Shown one piece after another: positions 46,601 to 58,242 of a stretch of DNA of 64,000 bases. Source of the stretch: Piedraia hortae CBS 480.64 (lineage: Eukaryota); the NCBI GenBank assembly GCA_010093745.1, contig MU005988.1:1-64000 (forward strand), written 5' to 3'. The first letter of the stretch is position 1. Each line of letters begins with the position of its first letter. The notes under the pieces were generated by a model that worked only from the letters and a program-made list of their open reading frames with translations, made no database searches and was not told the DNA's origin. Both the position numbers and the translations under genes were made by a program.

Positions 46601-49600
46601 CCAGCTGGAAGAAGGCAAGGGCGGAATATACTACATGAATTGGTACTTCTGGGGTTTGTGAGGGACGGCATCTGTTTGCCTCGCTTCGGATTGTGCTAGC
46701 CCCGATCAATGCGGAGGAAAAGTTGGAGCCGCCGGTTGTTGTTCTTGTAAAGAAGTGCCCGTGTTGGCCGCCATTTTAAAGGCCCCGAATGAAAGAGGGT
46801 TGCTTGTGTGCCTTACTGGTTGTGACTGGGCCGCCGCGTAGTTTCTATCTACCCCAAGACTTCTGGAGTACTCATGGGAGTTGGAGGGAACGGAGCAAGG
46901 AAATTCCCCATAAAACTTGGAATGGGAGATAGTTTTACGCATTTCTGGGGCTTTTGCTTGGCTATTTTGCGAGGTGGCATGGCAGGCAGACGGTAATGGA
47001 TGGCGAAAGAATTGAAGCCATGAGTATTTTTGACACCATATGCTTGGTACAAAGTGACTGCAGGCCAATTTGAGTAAGCACGACCATCGAGGCATGCTGA
47101 TGCGTTCGTGGCTTTTTTTTTCGAACAATTTCAGCGGCCTGGGACTGTTCAAACATATTCTCCACATTACCGACACAGAAAACCTCACAGATGGCATGAT
47201 CACAGGAGAGATTCACAGGATGTATCGGACATGCCCAAGTTATATTTATCTGACGATTGGTTCTTTAGTTTTATCCGGTGCTCGCGCCACTTCGAAGTTG
47301 TTTGGTGGCTTTCCATGTCGTTTTTATATCTGTTATGCTAGTCCTGCGCCCAATATAATGAATGATCCCGTTATTCAATTTTAGCAAACGATATGGAGAC
47401 CCTCAATTTGTGCGACGAAATTCCGCAAGTGTCATTCGGAACTACGAATTTCTTGATTGGGCGAAACATCGAATTGGAGACCACGACACAACCTGGCCCT
47501 TCGATTGAGAACAGCTGAGGGCTCTCTAGGTTATAATAATCACGATGATAAATAAATGTCTTTTTCGAAACATTTAATTCAGATATAGATTCATACTTGA
47601 ACTGGAGGGGGCAAAGTTGAACAGTAATGGTAAACTTCAACTTTGTACTTGAATAACATCGCAACAACACGTTCAATCTGCCAGATAAACACGTGCATAT
47701 AATCAAAGGACAACAATTGGAATTGCTGGTCTGGTTGCGGTTGCATGAGGTTAACATGCCCTGCTACCTAAGGCTCCGTGTACTTCAATGAGCGGAGCCG
47801 CTAAGGTATTACTTAATTGGGAGGCCAAACGCTGACCAACAGAGCGGAACTGGATTAGTCCGCTTTGCTAATGCTAGGATTCCTGTATACTTCTCCCAGC
47901 TGATCCACTAGTGGACATTAGAAAACACATCGGTTCTCACGCCTACAACCGTCTGTCAACCGTACTACTACTTTTCGTACGCATGCTTCGATGAAAATTC
48001 TACCATACTGTATCACTATAATGTTCGAATTACGGTGGTTAATTGTCAGAAGGTCTTAGATAGAGGTCGAGGCTTCCCGAGGTTTTTACCTCCTAGGAAG
48101 GAGTTTTCCCTTGGGATGAGGCACGGTCCTGTTCATACTCAGTGCATGCTTGGTGACGTTGTCTTGGTGAATGTGGCTAGACCTGTGCGAGAAAGTACTG
48201 TGCCAGCACTTCATCGACGCACCTATCCCCAAGTACTAGAAAGGCATGCCAGCGTGCGTCTCGCGCGATGCGACCCAGAAAGACCGACATACCCTCGCTG
48301 GGCCGTGCTACCATCAAGCTGTTGGACGCTCCCATTCTCACATGCTGGTGAGCAGAGAACGTCACTCTGGGAAAAGCTGACTTCATGATATTGTCCAAAA
48401 ATCTGTTTAACTTCAATGACTTCTCGGTCGGCAAGGTCAAAGGTCGCCGGCATAATAGTCACTGAGGAGACAAGCTGAGTAACATAAGAATGTGATGCAT
48501 CATCGCGCGACTCTGAGCGCACACCTGCCCTATTATTATGGTTTTCCGAAGTTGACATAGTGCTGTGTGATCTCTTGCGTGCCTGGGAAAATCAACAGAC
48601 CGCTATGTATTATTAAAGATCTCTTACTTAGCTCGGACATTGTCGGACTAAAATCCACCTCATCGATGACGGAATATACCCCCTTTACGATGTCATTTTC
48701 GACACTGCCCTTTCTCATCATTGATGTTTTCTACAGCGCCGCTGCGAGCACTTGGACCAACACGGTCTGACGAGCTAAGAACACCGCGGGTTGAAGAGCA
48801 AAGGCCGCTACGGGTCGAGCTATCATGACCGCTGCCAATTGAAGAACCACCAAGAAATGCATGCTTGTGGGATGGACCATAACGGCGCGCAGATTTGTTG
48901 GAGTGGCCAGTGCCGGTTGTTGACTGGCTGCAGTTGTTTGATGCTTTAGACTTCATAGTGCTCGATGTCGAGTTGAAAGGTGTTGCGTTAGCCAGTAGCT
49001 TCTTGCGAGTTGATCGAGGGTCTAAGTTATTGATCAAAGTGACGAATAAGCATCTAGCGCTGACGTTGACCAATCAATGCCGTTTGCGAAGGCCACTGTA
49101 AGATTTATGACCAGTGTGACGTTGTTGGCCGCACTGAAGAACTGTGCAAGATGCACGGGAGAAAGAACTTGCGCTAGCTCGTACGTAACAAAGACGTGGA
49201 TCGAGAACAGTTAAAGGGGACGAACTGATAGTGTGAGTACAAAGACATGAATAATTGTATTGTTATCTATACTGCATACATGAAAGGTCGTTGTTCAAGG
49301 TCATCACGCGACACATCTTTCAACTATAACAGAAACGACAGAGAAGCGCAATCGGAAAACCAGGGTGATCGGTGCGTGTGTGAGTTGTGCGTCATTCATG
49401 GCAGAACTGCGGAGCAGTTGCTGCCGTCGGACCACAGTCGAATTTAACATCACTCAGGAATGAGCCTCCTGAAGGCCACTCTACGTATATGAAGGGATAT
49501 CTTGTGAAGATGACGATCTCCCCTTTGTAGAAGTCGTCAATTTATTGGGCAACTTTGATGGGGAACATAGACACTATATATCAGGGATTCAGATCAGCTG

Positions 49601-52553
49601 AGGAATGCTGCATGGGAATTAAATATTACTCGAGCTGTCCCAATTCACTGCGCATCTAGTTCCACCACAGGTACTTTGCGTAGCTCTGATCTAATCGTTG
49701 AATGCAGCTGCAAGCGAACCACGTCTGCGACTGTGTGAATTGGTTTTAGATAAATCGCTGGCTCTGAGGAGAATGATATTCTAGATCTAAAGTATATGAA
49801 GGTCCCAGGTTTTGCATTTCTTACCTTCTCATGTAAATCTAACTCGATTACTCTTTTCTTTTCGCGTTATCTTACAATTAGGCATGAGCAAGTGAAGAGA
49901 GCACATGACTCGTGAGGGGATCCGCAATTTGGCATATCACGAAGAAACCCATACCAACGATGATTCCAACGTTTTATCGCACGATGTGGCTCTGAAGGCG
50001 TCGAAATTGCTGACCAGCACAATTGTGCTTTGCTCTCCTCGGTCTTTAAAGCACCCCTGGCTGTTATCGGGGACTTCAAAGAGTTAGGAGTCCATCAAAC
50101 CACAGGTCGAATACCCGATTTTTTGAAGTGACGCGGAATTATTGCTAAACCTCAGAACAAATGCACTCGTTTCAACTTCCAAGTTTACACTGAGCTTACG
50201 GTGTACGGTGTTTAAAGTGTTTTGGATACATGCTCCCAATCCATGTCGACATTATGAAGTCGCGCATAAAAGCCCAGCTGCGATTGTCGGAGCTTCGGGA
50301 GAAGGATATTTCTATCACCAAAGATTAGGCGTCTATGTCAGTTCTGAACCATATAGTCCCCTCAATCCCAAATGAGAACCTACATATGGTCAACTCTGAT
50401 CAAAAGGATGCACGACTTGGACACATGATTGCCGACCATATGTTAGCTGCCTTGTCTACCGTCTGCCAAGGGTATGTGGTGTTGAGGATATATGAAGCTC
50501 GCACAAAACTCGAGTTGTCGCCCGCACCCTAGGCTCGTATCCAGGTCGCGGCGCAAGATCACATACTCGTGGTCTGCATAAAAAACCTCTGGATCCTGCC
50601 CTGCAGAGACGCAGCTAGCTGCCAGGACAGCGTGAAAATTGATGATAGTCTCGGGTCAAAGGTAACAGGATGATAGTCGGAAGTCGTGCCTTGCTCGCAG
50701 ATATCACCATTGAGACCTTAGTTGGAGATAGTGGTGCACATCTGAAGGTAGTTCGTGGAAAATTCCCACGAACAAAAAAGTTCATCACCATAGACCTGGC
50801 CTGCATGGCAAGGGAGGCCTCATGGCTTGGAGCATCAGCCTCGCGGACTCATACAAAAAGCAAGGCTGCCAAGCAACCGCCTCCCTTCGACCTGGGGTTA
50901 CAGGACATTGCTAGGTAGATGTGGTTGTGTTTATTGAAAGAGGTAATGTAGAACTAGGATTTATCAGCGGCTCCTCGCTGCTCGACCGCAAAAGACAGAG
51001 ATACTTTTAGACAATACCTCATTTTCGCACCACACCTTCGTCGATTCCCTGTAGAACGTCGGAAGGTCGTGATAGAGGTAGTCTAACACTGATGTGCTTG
51101 AATTCACTTCGAAAAGCCACATTTTTAAGGCCGTGTAACTGTACTTGCTTGCTTTGAGAATAAAGTAGAGATAGGTACCTGTGGGAATAAGCTATTTTGT
51201 GCGCATGCACGGCATCTACTGCACAATCGCGAGCGTGACAGCCAGTTTGGTGGCCGGAAATTTGGGTGTTCCACAGTACGAAACACCGACAATCATAATG
51301 ATCGAGTGGCATGAGTGACTGCCCTTAGAGCAACGTTTTAAATGATCTTCTAAAACGCGCCTAAAAACCGGGGAAAAATTCACGCAACTTGGTATATCGC
51401 CGGACAAGCTTTCTGCGGCCATCTTGACTTCGGTAACTGTGCCAGTGCTGCTACCTTTTTCATGCAGTTGGTAAAAGAGTGTATGAAAGCATGAAGGTCT
51501 GCCTGGGCTGGAACAGGCTCCAGTAAAAGTTGAGTTGGGACTTCAAACAGAATTCCCATAACAGGAGGAGCAGACTCATGTTCCATGAAAAGCGGAGCTG
51601 GTGTTGCATTGCATTTGCGCGGCCTTGGTAACAAGATTCTGCGTTTTGTGTTTTGTGTTTTTTTTTTTTTTTTTGGCATCTTACGGCGAGGATTGACCGG
51701 CGAAGTGATCACGCCGTTGGCTTTAGCTTGCCGAAAACATGTCAGTCCGAGATTTTCACACACTCATAGTATCTTGATTCTTCAATCGCATTCTTCGTCC
51801 CATATGTCCAGGCTTTAGGTCTTACTCAAAGTCAGCTTCGGACCAGATAGTGGGCTTGTTGCAACCCACCGCCTCTGGGTCACCGCGGGACGGGCATTGC
51901 TTCCCTACAAGACGGGATCTGATTAGTACTACTCTGTATACACGTCCGAACTATATGATTGCATTCGGACACGATCTGAGAGCAAATAAATGTGTCGTTT
52001 GAGCTGGAGTCGCCCAACCAAGCCCGAAAATGTAATTGCTTTGAGATGCAGAATATGGTAATTGGGCTTTCCATTGGCGGAGCCCTGCTCGAGCACTAAT
52101 ACCTTCAATACTTGGGACTTTCCAGTGGGATTAGCTTCCTCACACTTCCGTGGAAAGTTACAATGCCGCTATAAGATAAGTATCACTGTCTACTGACTGC
52201 TGGTAACCACAAGACAACTTTGGAGGGATAGTATTGTGAGATTCTGAAGCTGGAAAATCTATGTGACCGATCAAGACACCAGAGGTGGACAGTCGCCGGT
52301 AGCTCATTTATTCTGAGATCGCTGGGTGATAATATCTGCAGCTGCAATGAGCCGGCCCAATCCAATCTCGACACCAACGAGCCCTTCGTTGGTAATGCAG
52401 GCTTCTAAGTGGGGATGTATCACACCAGACCAAGATCTTCGCGGGTCATCACCTGTTGTTCGAAGGAGACTGCAGGCAGCTATCATACACGCGCTGAGAA
52501 TACACTGCCTCACAGACTCCTCCGTCCAGAACAAGACGGGCTTTTTTATGCAC

Positions 52554-53684
52554 CTACCTGCCTAAAACAAATTGCCGCCAATTCTGCGCTAACCTGACAA
52601 GTCCAGTCTCCAGCTCCCATCCCTTAACGCGGCAAATCATTCTTACCGCCTGCTCAAGGCATTCATCCATTTGTTCACCTGCGACGTGCAGATCACTTTC
52701 CACTAAGACTCTTTCATCTGGCACCGCTTTTAATGCAGCCTCCACTTTCCCATCGCCTTCCTCGGACCACTTGTTGATGGTCGTACTAAAGCTGAAGAAC
52801 ACCTTGCACGGTACAGATGACGCTGTGTATTGTTTCACTGTGTCAGCCTGGCCGGAGTATGAGTGCATGCAGATCCGCGGTGGGTAGTTCAGATTTTCAT
52901 CATCTTTAGGCTTCCGTTTTTTTGAAACTTCAAACCCCTTCCACGTCTCAGCTATGGTTTCGTAAACGATGCCGTGCGCCGCTACTCCGTGCACGGAGAC
53001 GGCACGCTGCAGGTCTGCCGCCAGCCGTAGCTGTGCGAGCAGGACTTTTCGTTGATGGTTAATGTTAACTCGGTAGGGACTCAGCCTTCGGCCTTCGCGG
53101 CCGCCAGGTGTCAATGAGCCATTCCGATCTCCTACCTGCGAGGGCAACCATGCTTCTGGAATCCTAAATGAGCGGTCTAAACCCACTTCCCCGACAAGGG
53201 CGAGGGGATGACGAGATAAGTGCTCTTTAGTCCTATTCAGAAAGTCTCCGAACGGCTTTGGAGCTGGTAAAGAAAGAAGAAAGTTGCGATCATCGGACGA
53301 GGGGACGAGTACTTTCTGATAGTGCAGGATTCTCTGTTCGTATGAGAGCTCAATTGCACCTTCGAAATCGTTCTCGTCGAACATTTCGTGTGAGAACCAA
53401 GGATGCCAGCCAAATGCTGGGACAATCTTATGCTCTGCACTGCAACCATGTTGGCCGCAATTGTTACCGACCGTGGCGACCTACCTCCAGCTGCCGGCTG
53501 CTACATCAGATGCTGTCAGCCCAAACTTTTGAGCAGCGTCGGCGACAAGATCTTGGTCTTGTGCTCTCGTAGCCATAACGGTGAGTGCCCGACAGCGCAT
53601 CCCGGGGACATTTGGAAGACTAGATAAGGTGTCGGTCGGGTGACAATGGGCGTCGAAGACGCCGATATGCCAGGGAAAGTCCAT
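52554..53684 (-). CDS. TatD-family metal-dependent hydrolase, Scn1-like (one 45-nt intron near 53484-53440)
   Basis: [19 protein letters not shown], spliced [39 protein letters not shown]. Confidence 0.92.
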
Positions 53685-53822
53685 GGCCAGGCGTCAATGG
53701 GGTGAGGTTGAGGTCTGCGGCGGTCCAGACTGCCCCACCTTGGCCCCACAGTTGCCCCGCTTTCACCCCACATGAAATCCCTGTCCAATGTCCGAGCGGG
53801 TGGGGCTCACATCGACATCTCC

Positions 53823-54470
53823 ATGGGGCGTCTCGCGTCGTCGCTGAGCGCACCATTTCTGGTCCTCGTCAGCGTGCCGCTGATGCTATTCGCGGCAATA
53901 ACGACAACACTGGCATTTTGGATTCTGTTTTTCCGCATTTCTATCGTCTACGCCGAGCTGGTTGCGGCGCTCGCCCAGGCCTACCTCCTTCCGCGCAGCA
54001 TCACGACGGAGCTGACGTGGCCCAAATCCCCGACCGTGCAACGATCGCCGCCGTCGTCACGGCGAACGTCGCGGCAGAGTTCTTTCAATTCCGGTGTACA
54101 CATCCGTGTGCCGACGATCGCGCGCAAGACCCGCAGCTCGGTCACCCTCGCCGATGGCTTCCAGACGCGCGACTACGAAGGCCTTGGTGGATGGCGGGTG
54201 CAGATCGATGACGACGATGAGGCCATCTGGATGGGCATGAACCGGCGCCTGGAGCTCTACTCGCCGTCGCTTCGCAGGAGTCGCCTTGCCGGCAGCAGAC
54301 CGACCAGCGGCCACGGCAGCCCCGAGCATGGCCGGACACCCAAAATTTATCCGGCCGAGTGCTACTTCAGCATGCCGTCCGACGGTGTGCGCAATTCGAG
54401 GGTTTCGTTTTCGATGGACGACGAAAGCACTAGGAGGCAAAGTGTGGCAAGTCTGGCCAGCATAACATGA
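53823..54470 (+). CDS. Fungal hypothetical membrane protein
   Basis: N-terminal hydrophobic hairpin (PFLVLVSVPLMLFAAITTTLAF..YAEL), then RDYEGLGGW..DDEAIWMGMNRRLEL. GC-rich codon usage. Alternative ATG at 53772. Confidence 0.8.
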   Translation: MGRLASSLSAPFLVLVSVPLMLFAAITTTLAFWILFFRISIVYAELVAALAQAYLLPRSITTELTWPKSPTVQRSPPSSRRTSRQSSFNSGVHIRVPTIARKTRSSVTLADGFQTRDYEGLGGWRVQIDDDDEAIWMGMNRRLELYSPSLRRSRLAGSRPTSGHGSPEHGRTPKIYPAECYFSMPSDGVRNSRVSFSMDDESTRRQSVASLASIT

Positions 54471-54503
54471 AGGTGATATGTCTTGTTTCTATTCCCACTC
54501 TTT

Positions 54504-55415
54504 TCATCTAACTCGTGGCCTGTCTTCTCTCTTTCTATTCCTGTCGTATCTGCTCCTCGCCCTGCTCCTCGTCCTGATCCTGTCGCGCGAGGAGCTGCTT
54601 CGACCTCTCCCTCTATGTCGCGGAGTTTCTCTGTGCTTGCTGGCTCCTACCCTCTTCTCCCTCTTGTTCTGGCAAGATCCTTCAGCCGCTTCAGCAGCCA
54701 CGGCAGCCAGCACCGCACCGCCGATCGTGCCAATGATTCCGTTCTCCGCATGATCCCCCAATGCCGCTCCGGCTGCTCAGCCGATTAACATGTTACCCAA
54801 GTTCTTTTCTTTGTCTACCAAGGAGGAAGGAAGGGCGGGGCACAGAGTTGCTGGCTGCACTCTCCCGATGCCGCCGAGGACACGCCCCCGCAGATGGAGG
54901 CACTGCGTAGCCATTCCCCTTATTGTCCGAGCCGCGTCCATTTACCTGAGTGAGTTCCCTTCGGTTTCTCTGCCCGCCATTGTAATCGGGGTCCCCCTAC
55001 GCAGCACAGGACTGCGCATACGCCTTTACTTGGTTGTACGGCACCAAGCTCTTGAAATTCCCTTCTTTGGGGCGCGCCGTTTGCGGCTCCAGATCGAATG
55101 TGAAAGCGTTACCGCCACGGCCGGGGTTCGGGTGAGAGTCTCTCCGGTCGGTCAGACTCCGTACTCCTCTGCCTTCCTCGACGCGTCGGGGTCTCTGATC
55201 ATCTGGATTGCGCGCTCCATTTCTATTCGGTCCGACGTTGGACGCCAATGATCTTCCGGGCCGCGCGGGGCGGGCCGGCGTTCTCCACGAGGTTCTCCAC
55301 GAGGTTCCCCGCGGGACGGACGTCCGTCATCCCGCCATTGGGTTCCATTATCAAACTCATAGTCTTCAGGTTGTCCGCTCTCGTATGGCGGGGGAGGTGG
55401 CAGAGGAAAATAGGT
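54504..55415 (-). pseudogene. Disrupted glycine-zipper / Arg-rich protein gene
   Basis: YFPLPPPPPYE.., then KEKNLGNMLIG*AAGAALGDH..GIIGTIGGAVLAAVAA and an RS-rich tail. Stops near 54997 and 54778 and at least two frame changes. Confidence 0.6.
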
Positions 55416-55552
55416 ATTCTGCGCGCTACCAGCAGTTAATGATTACCAGGAAAAAACTTCCTACGGAATGTGCAAAATACCCATTAGAGTGCCAATCATT
55501 ATTCCTAGGATTTGATTGGCCGAGATAGGTTGGCAAGAACAACACGTCGGGC

Positions 55553-56620
55553 TTACCGATACAGAACTTGTGCAAGCCACTCGATCAAGCCTAAGACAAG
55601 TCCGGCTGGTCGTTTCTCTGATATCCCCAGGATCACTGCCACCACCGCACGGTCCGTTTTCAGTCGCTCCATCAAGTCGTTGGAACGGTCTTGGGAAAAG
55701 CTTTCCACACACGGAAAACTTCTTACTCGCATAACGGACGAAGACATAGTGCTCAAGTTCGGGACCTCCGAAATTTCGGTATGACAACCTTCGTTGGCCC
55801 GTTTCTCTGCATCCAGTAGTTCCTTGGCCTCATATTGTGCGCCTTTGGCAAATGTCATGGCGGCATCTGACTCGATGTTTTTCTTTTCTTTCCAGCCGGA
55901 CGTATGCGAAACAAAAAGCTCCACAATCATGAGCTTGTGTTTTCCGGTCAGATGTCCGTTGGATGCCTTGGCCATACGACTAAGGCTCGACTCGATCATA
56001 TCTTTGTCATTCTGAGTTTTGTGAATATTTGCGCCACAATTGCTCAGCAAAGTTGTGACGCTCTCCACAATATACCACTCAGGAATACTTGTACCAAGCA
56101 TTTGTTTTAGGAGATGTAAAATTTGCGTGTACTTCAGTACTCTAGAATTATACAACCGCCCCAGAAATAATGCAAACTCCTTATATGCCCTTGCAATTCC
56201 ACGGCGACCAAGATCATGCAAAGCCTTCAGTTCCTCTACACATTCCTTCGACAGGTATTGCCAAAACCATGTCTTCCCACCAGCCAAAGCGCCTTCCTTG
56301 TCATGAGGTACTTCGGTGGAGAGCCCTTCGTCGAGCAATTTCATCTGCGAACATAGCTCCACATACAGCTTCGCAGCATGCGAGGTGCTACAAAAGGTGC
56401 ATGCCATCCTCACCACAAATCCAGCGGCCTGATGTGGCATCTCGAAGGTCCCCTCGATTCTTCACGAGGATAGGGTGCTCAAAATGACCTTGGTCATGGA
56501 GTCAAAGTTGTTCAGTGTGAACGTGTTAAAGGCTTCCCGCATCGCCCCATTGAGCATATCGTTGCGGATGAGTACTGGCTTGCCTTCAAGGTTTTCCATT
56601 GCGGTATCTTCTAGTTGCAT
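55553..56620 (-). pseudogene. Stand-alone eIF4G-like MIF4G gene with one in-frame stop (295-aa ORF downstream of the stop)
   Basis: CCACCATG at 56620; AFNTFTLNNFDSM..*..RMAC..AAKLYVELC..FLGRLYNSRVL..IVESVTTLLSNCG..KHKLMIVEL..SGW follows the MIF4G HEAT pattern. TGA at 56464-56462. Confidence 0.75.
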
Positions 56621-57907
56621 GGTGGGCGGAAAGTATTGTTCTATCTGAACATTTTTCTATCTTCTGGCATCTGTGAAGTATATCCATTAATTACATAAAG
56701 CTAGCGCAGACAGCTTGCATCCAAACATGACAGCTGACAAATTAGTTCTAAATCTTTGATACATAGTTTATACAAACAAAAGTAAGCAGACTTATGATCC
56801 GTTATCTGCATGTCACTGAAGAAACGCCAACCATCTCAGCAGCAGTCTAGCTTTGCTTGCATGTCTTTATTTCAGAGTACATTGATGATCGATATGACTG
56901 CAACACGTTTGGAGGTAGTGATATGTAGTCCCGGAGAGAAACATGACTCAACCTTTTTTATAAGTAATCATGCAAGAAAAATTGCCCGCAATATTACCTA
57001 TCCTGAGGTTCCTCATACTGCCGAATGCCATCGTTTCTCATGTGGCATGCGAGGATGATGCATCTACGGAGAATCTATTCCACCTAAAAAAAAAAAAAAG
57101 AATGAATGAATGAAAAATAGCGTACGCTGTCGCGAACCAGGAATGATTGCTGGTCGATGTAAATCGTTTGAAAACGAGCTCAAATCTTGGCTTCTCCGAT
57201 GTTAAGATAGAGACAAATTAAACAAGATGTGTCGAAGGGATGAACCTCAAAGGATTAAAGTGGAGCGGATATCGACTACAGGATTTTTCACTCAACCTTT
57301 ACTGGAAAAGTGAAATGTGTATCTCTATCTCTATGAGGTGAGGTTCAAAACCTCCCCCACACTACCTCAGTCTAACCGCATTTGCCAGGACAACGTCAGC
57401 GAACCATGCCCTTAAGCATGAACGAGACAATGACCCGTCTCAGGGGAAACTTCCTCTATAGAGGTATAAACCCTGAGAAGTTTCGACTTCTATCTATAGT
57501 TCTGGTCATGGCGGGTGCCACATCCTTCTGACAAGGTGGGTATTCTAGTGTGCTGAGGCCTAGGGGTAGTGCGACACCAGACCAGGTAAGTCTCTCTTAC
57601 TCTCGACGCAGTTCGTTTGAGAGTTGAGGGGCGCCACTGTCTTCAGTTCACTCGCATAAATGTGATTTTCACCCCAGTCTCAACCGCTATCTCACTATGA
57701 CCGCGATGGCAAACTCGATGAAACTGGCGAGAGATCACGTTCGTTGAATCTGGAGAAGCAGAATATCCCTGCTATCAGAAAAATCTGAACAGACTTCACG
57801 CAATTAATCTACTCCATCTGCTGGAAGGTATGGTGGGCCGTGCGACTAACTTTTGTGACTAAGCCGACGCTGGTCGTGTTGCTCCTCGGTAGCGCCCAGC
57901 ACCAAAT

Positions 57908-58242
57908 TGAAAGTAGAGATGTGTTTTATGAGTGAATACAAGTATATCTTCGAGGGAACATCAGAGAATATATTCTGGGCTGGAAGGCCCGTGCGTAGCC
58001 TCGTACGAAGGGTCATCAATTGTATGACCGTAAGCAAGTGGTTATACATGCAGTAAGACTGTCAGCATGCAGTCTTACTCCATGACTCACCTCAAACAGT
58101 AGCAGGGCGCATTCACCATGTCGCATGCGACATGACCCTGAGGGAAACCTCTGTGAGGACAAAACCTAGGGTGCAGCTGCTGGTGTAAGAGGTGTCGCGC
58201 AGTGGCATCATACACTGATAGCAACGAGACTTCATGCCAACA
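57908..58242. mobile_element. Second LTR copy (about 97% identical to 5084-5419)
   Basis: 10 differences over about 336 bp, same CCAACA end, begins TGAAAG. No TSD. The minus-strand flank reads TTTCA-ATT-TGGTGCTGGGCG. Confidence 0.85.

Noticed and set aside
57335..57360. GAGGTTCAAAACCTC resembling a tRNA T-arm
   Set aside because: No D-arm, anticodon arm or acceptor stem around it.
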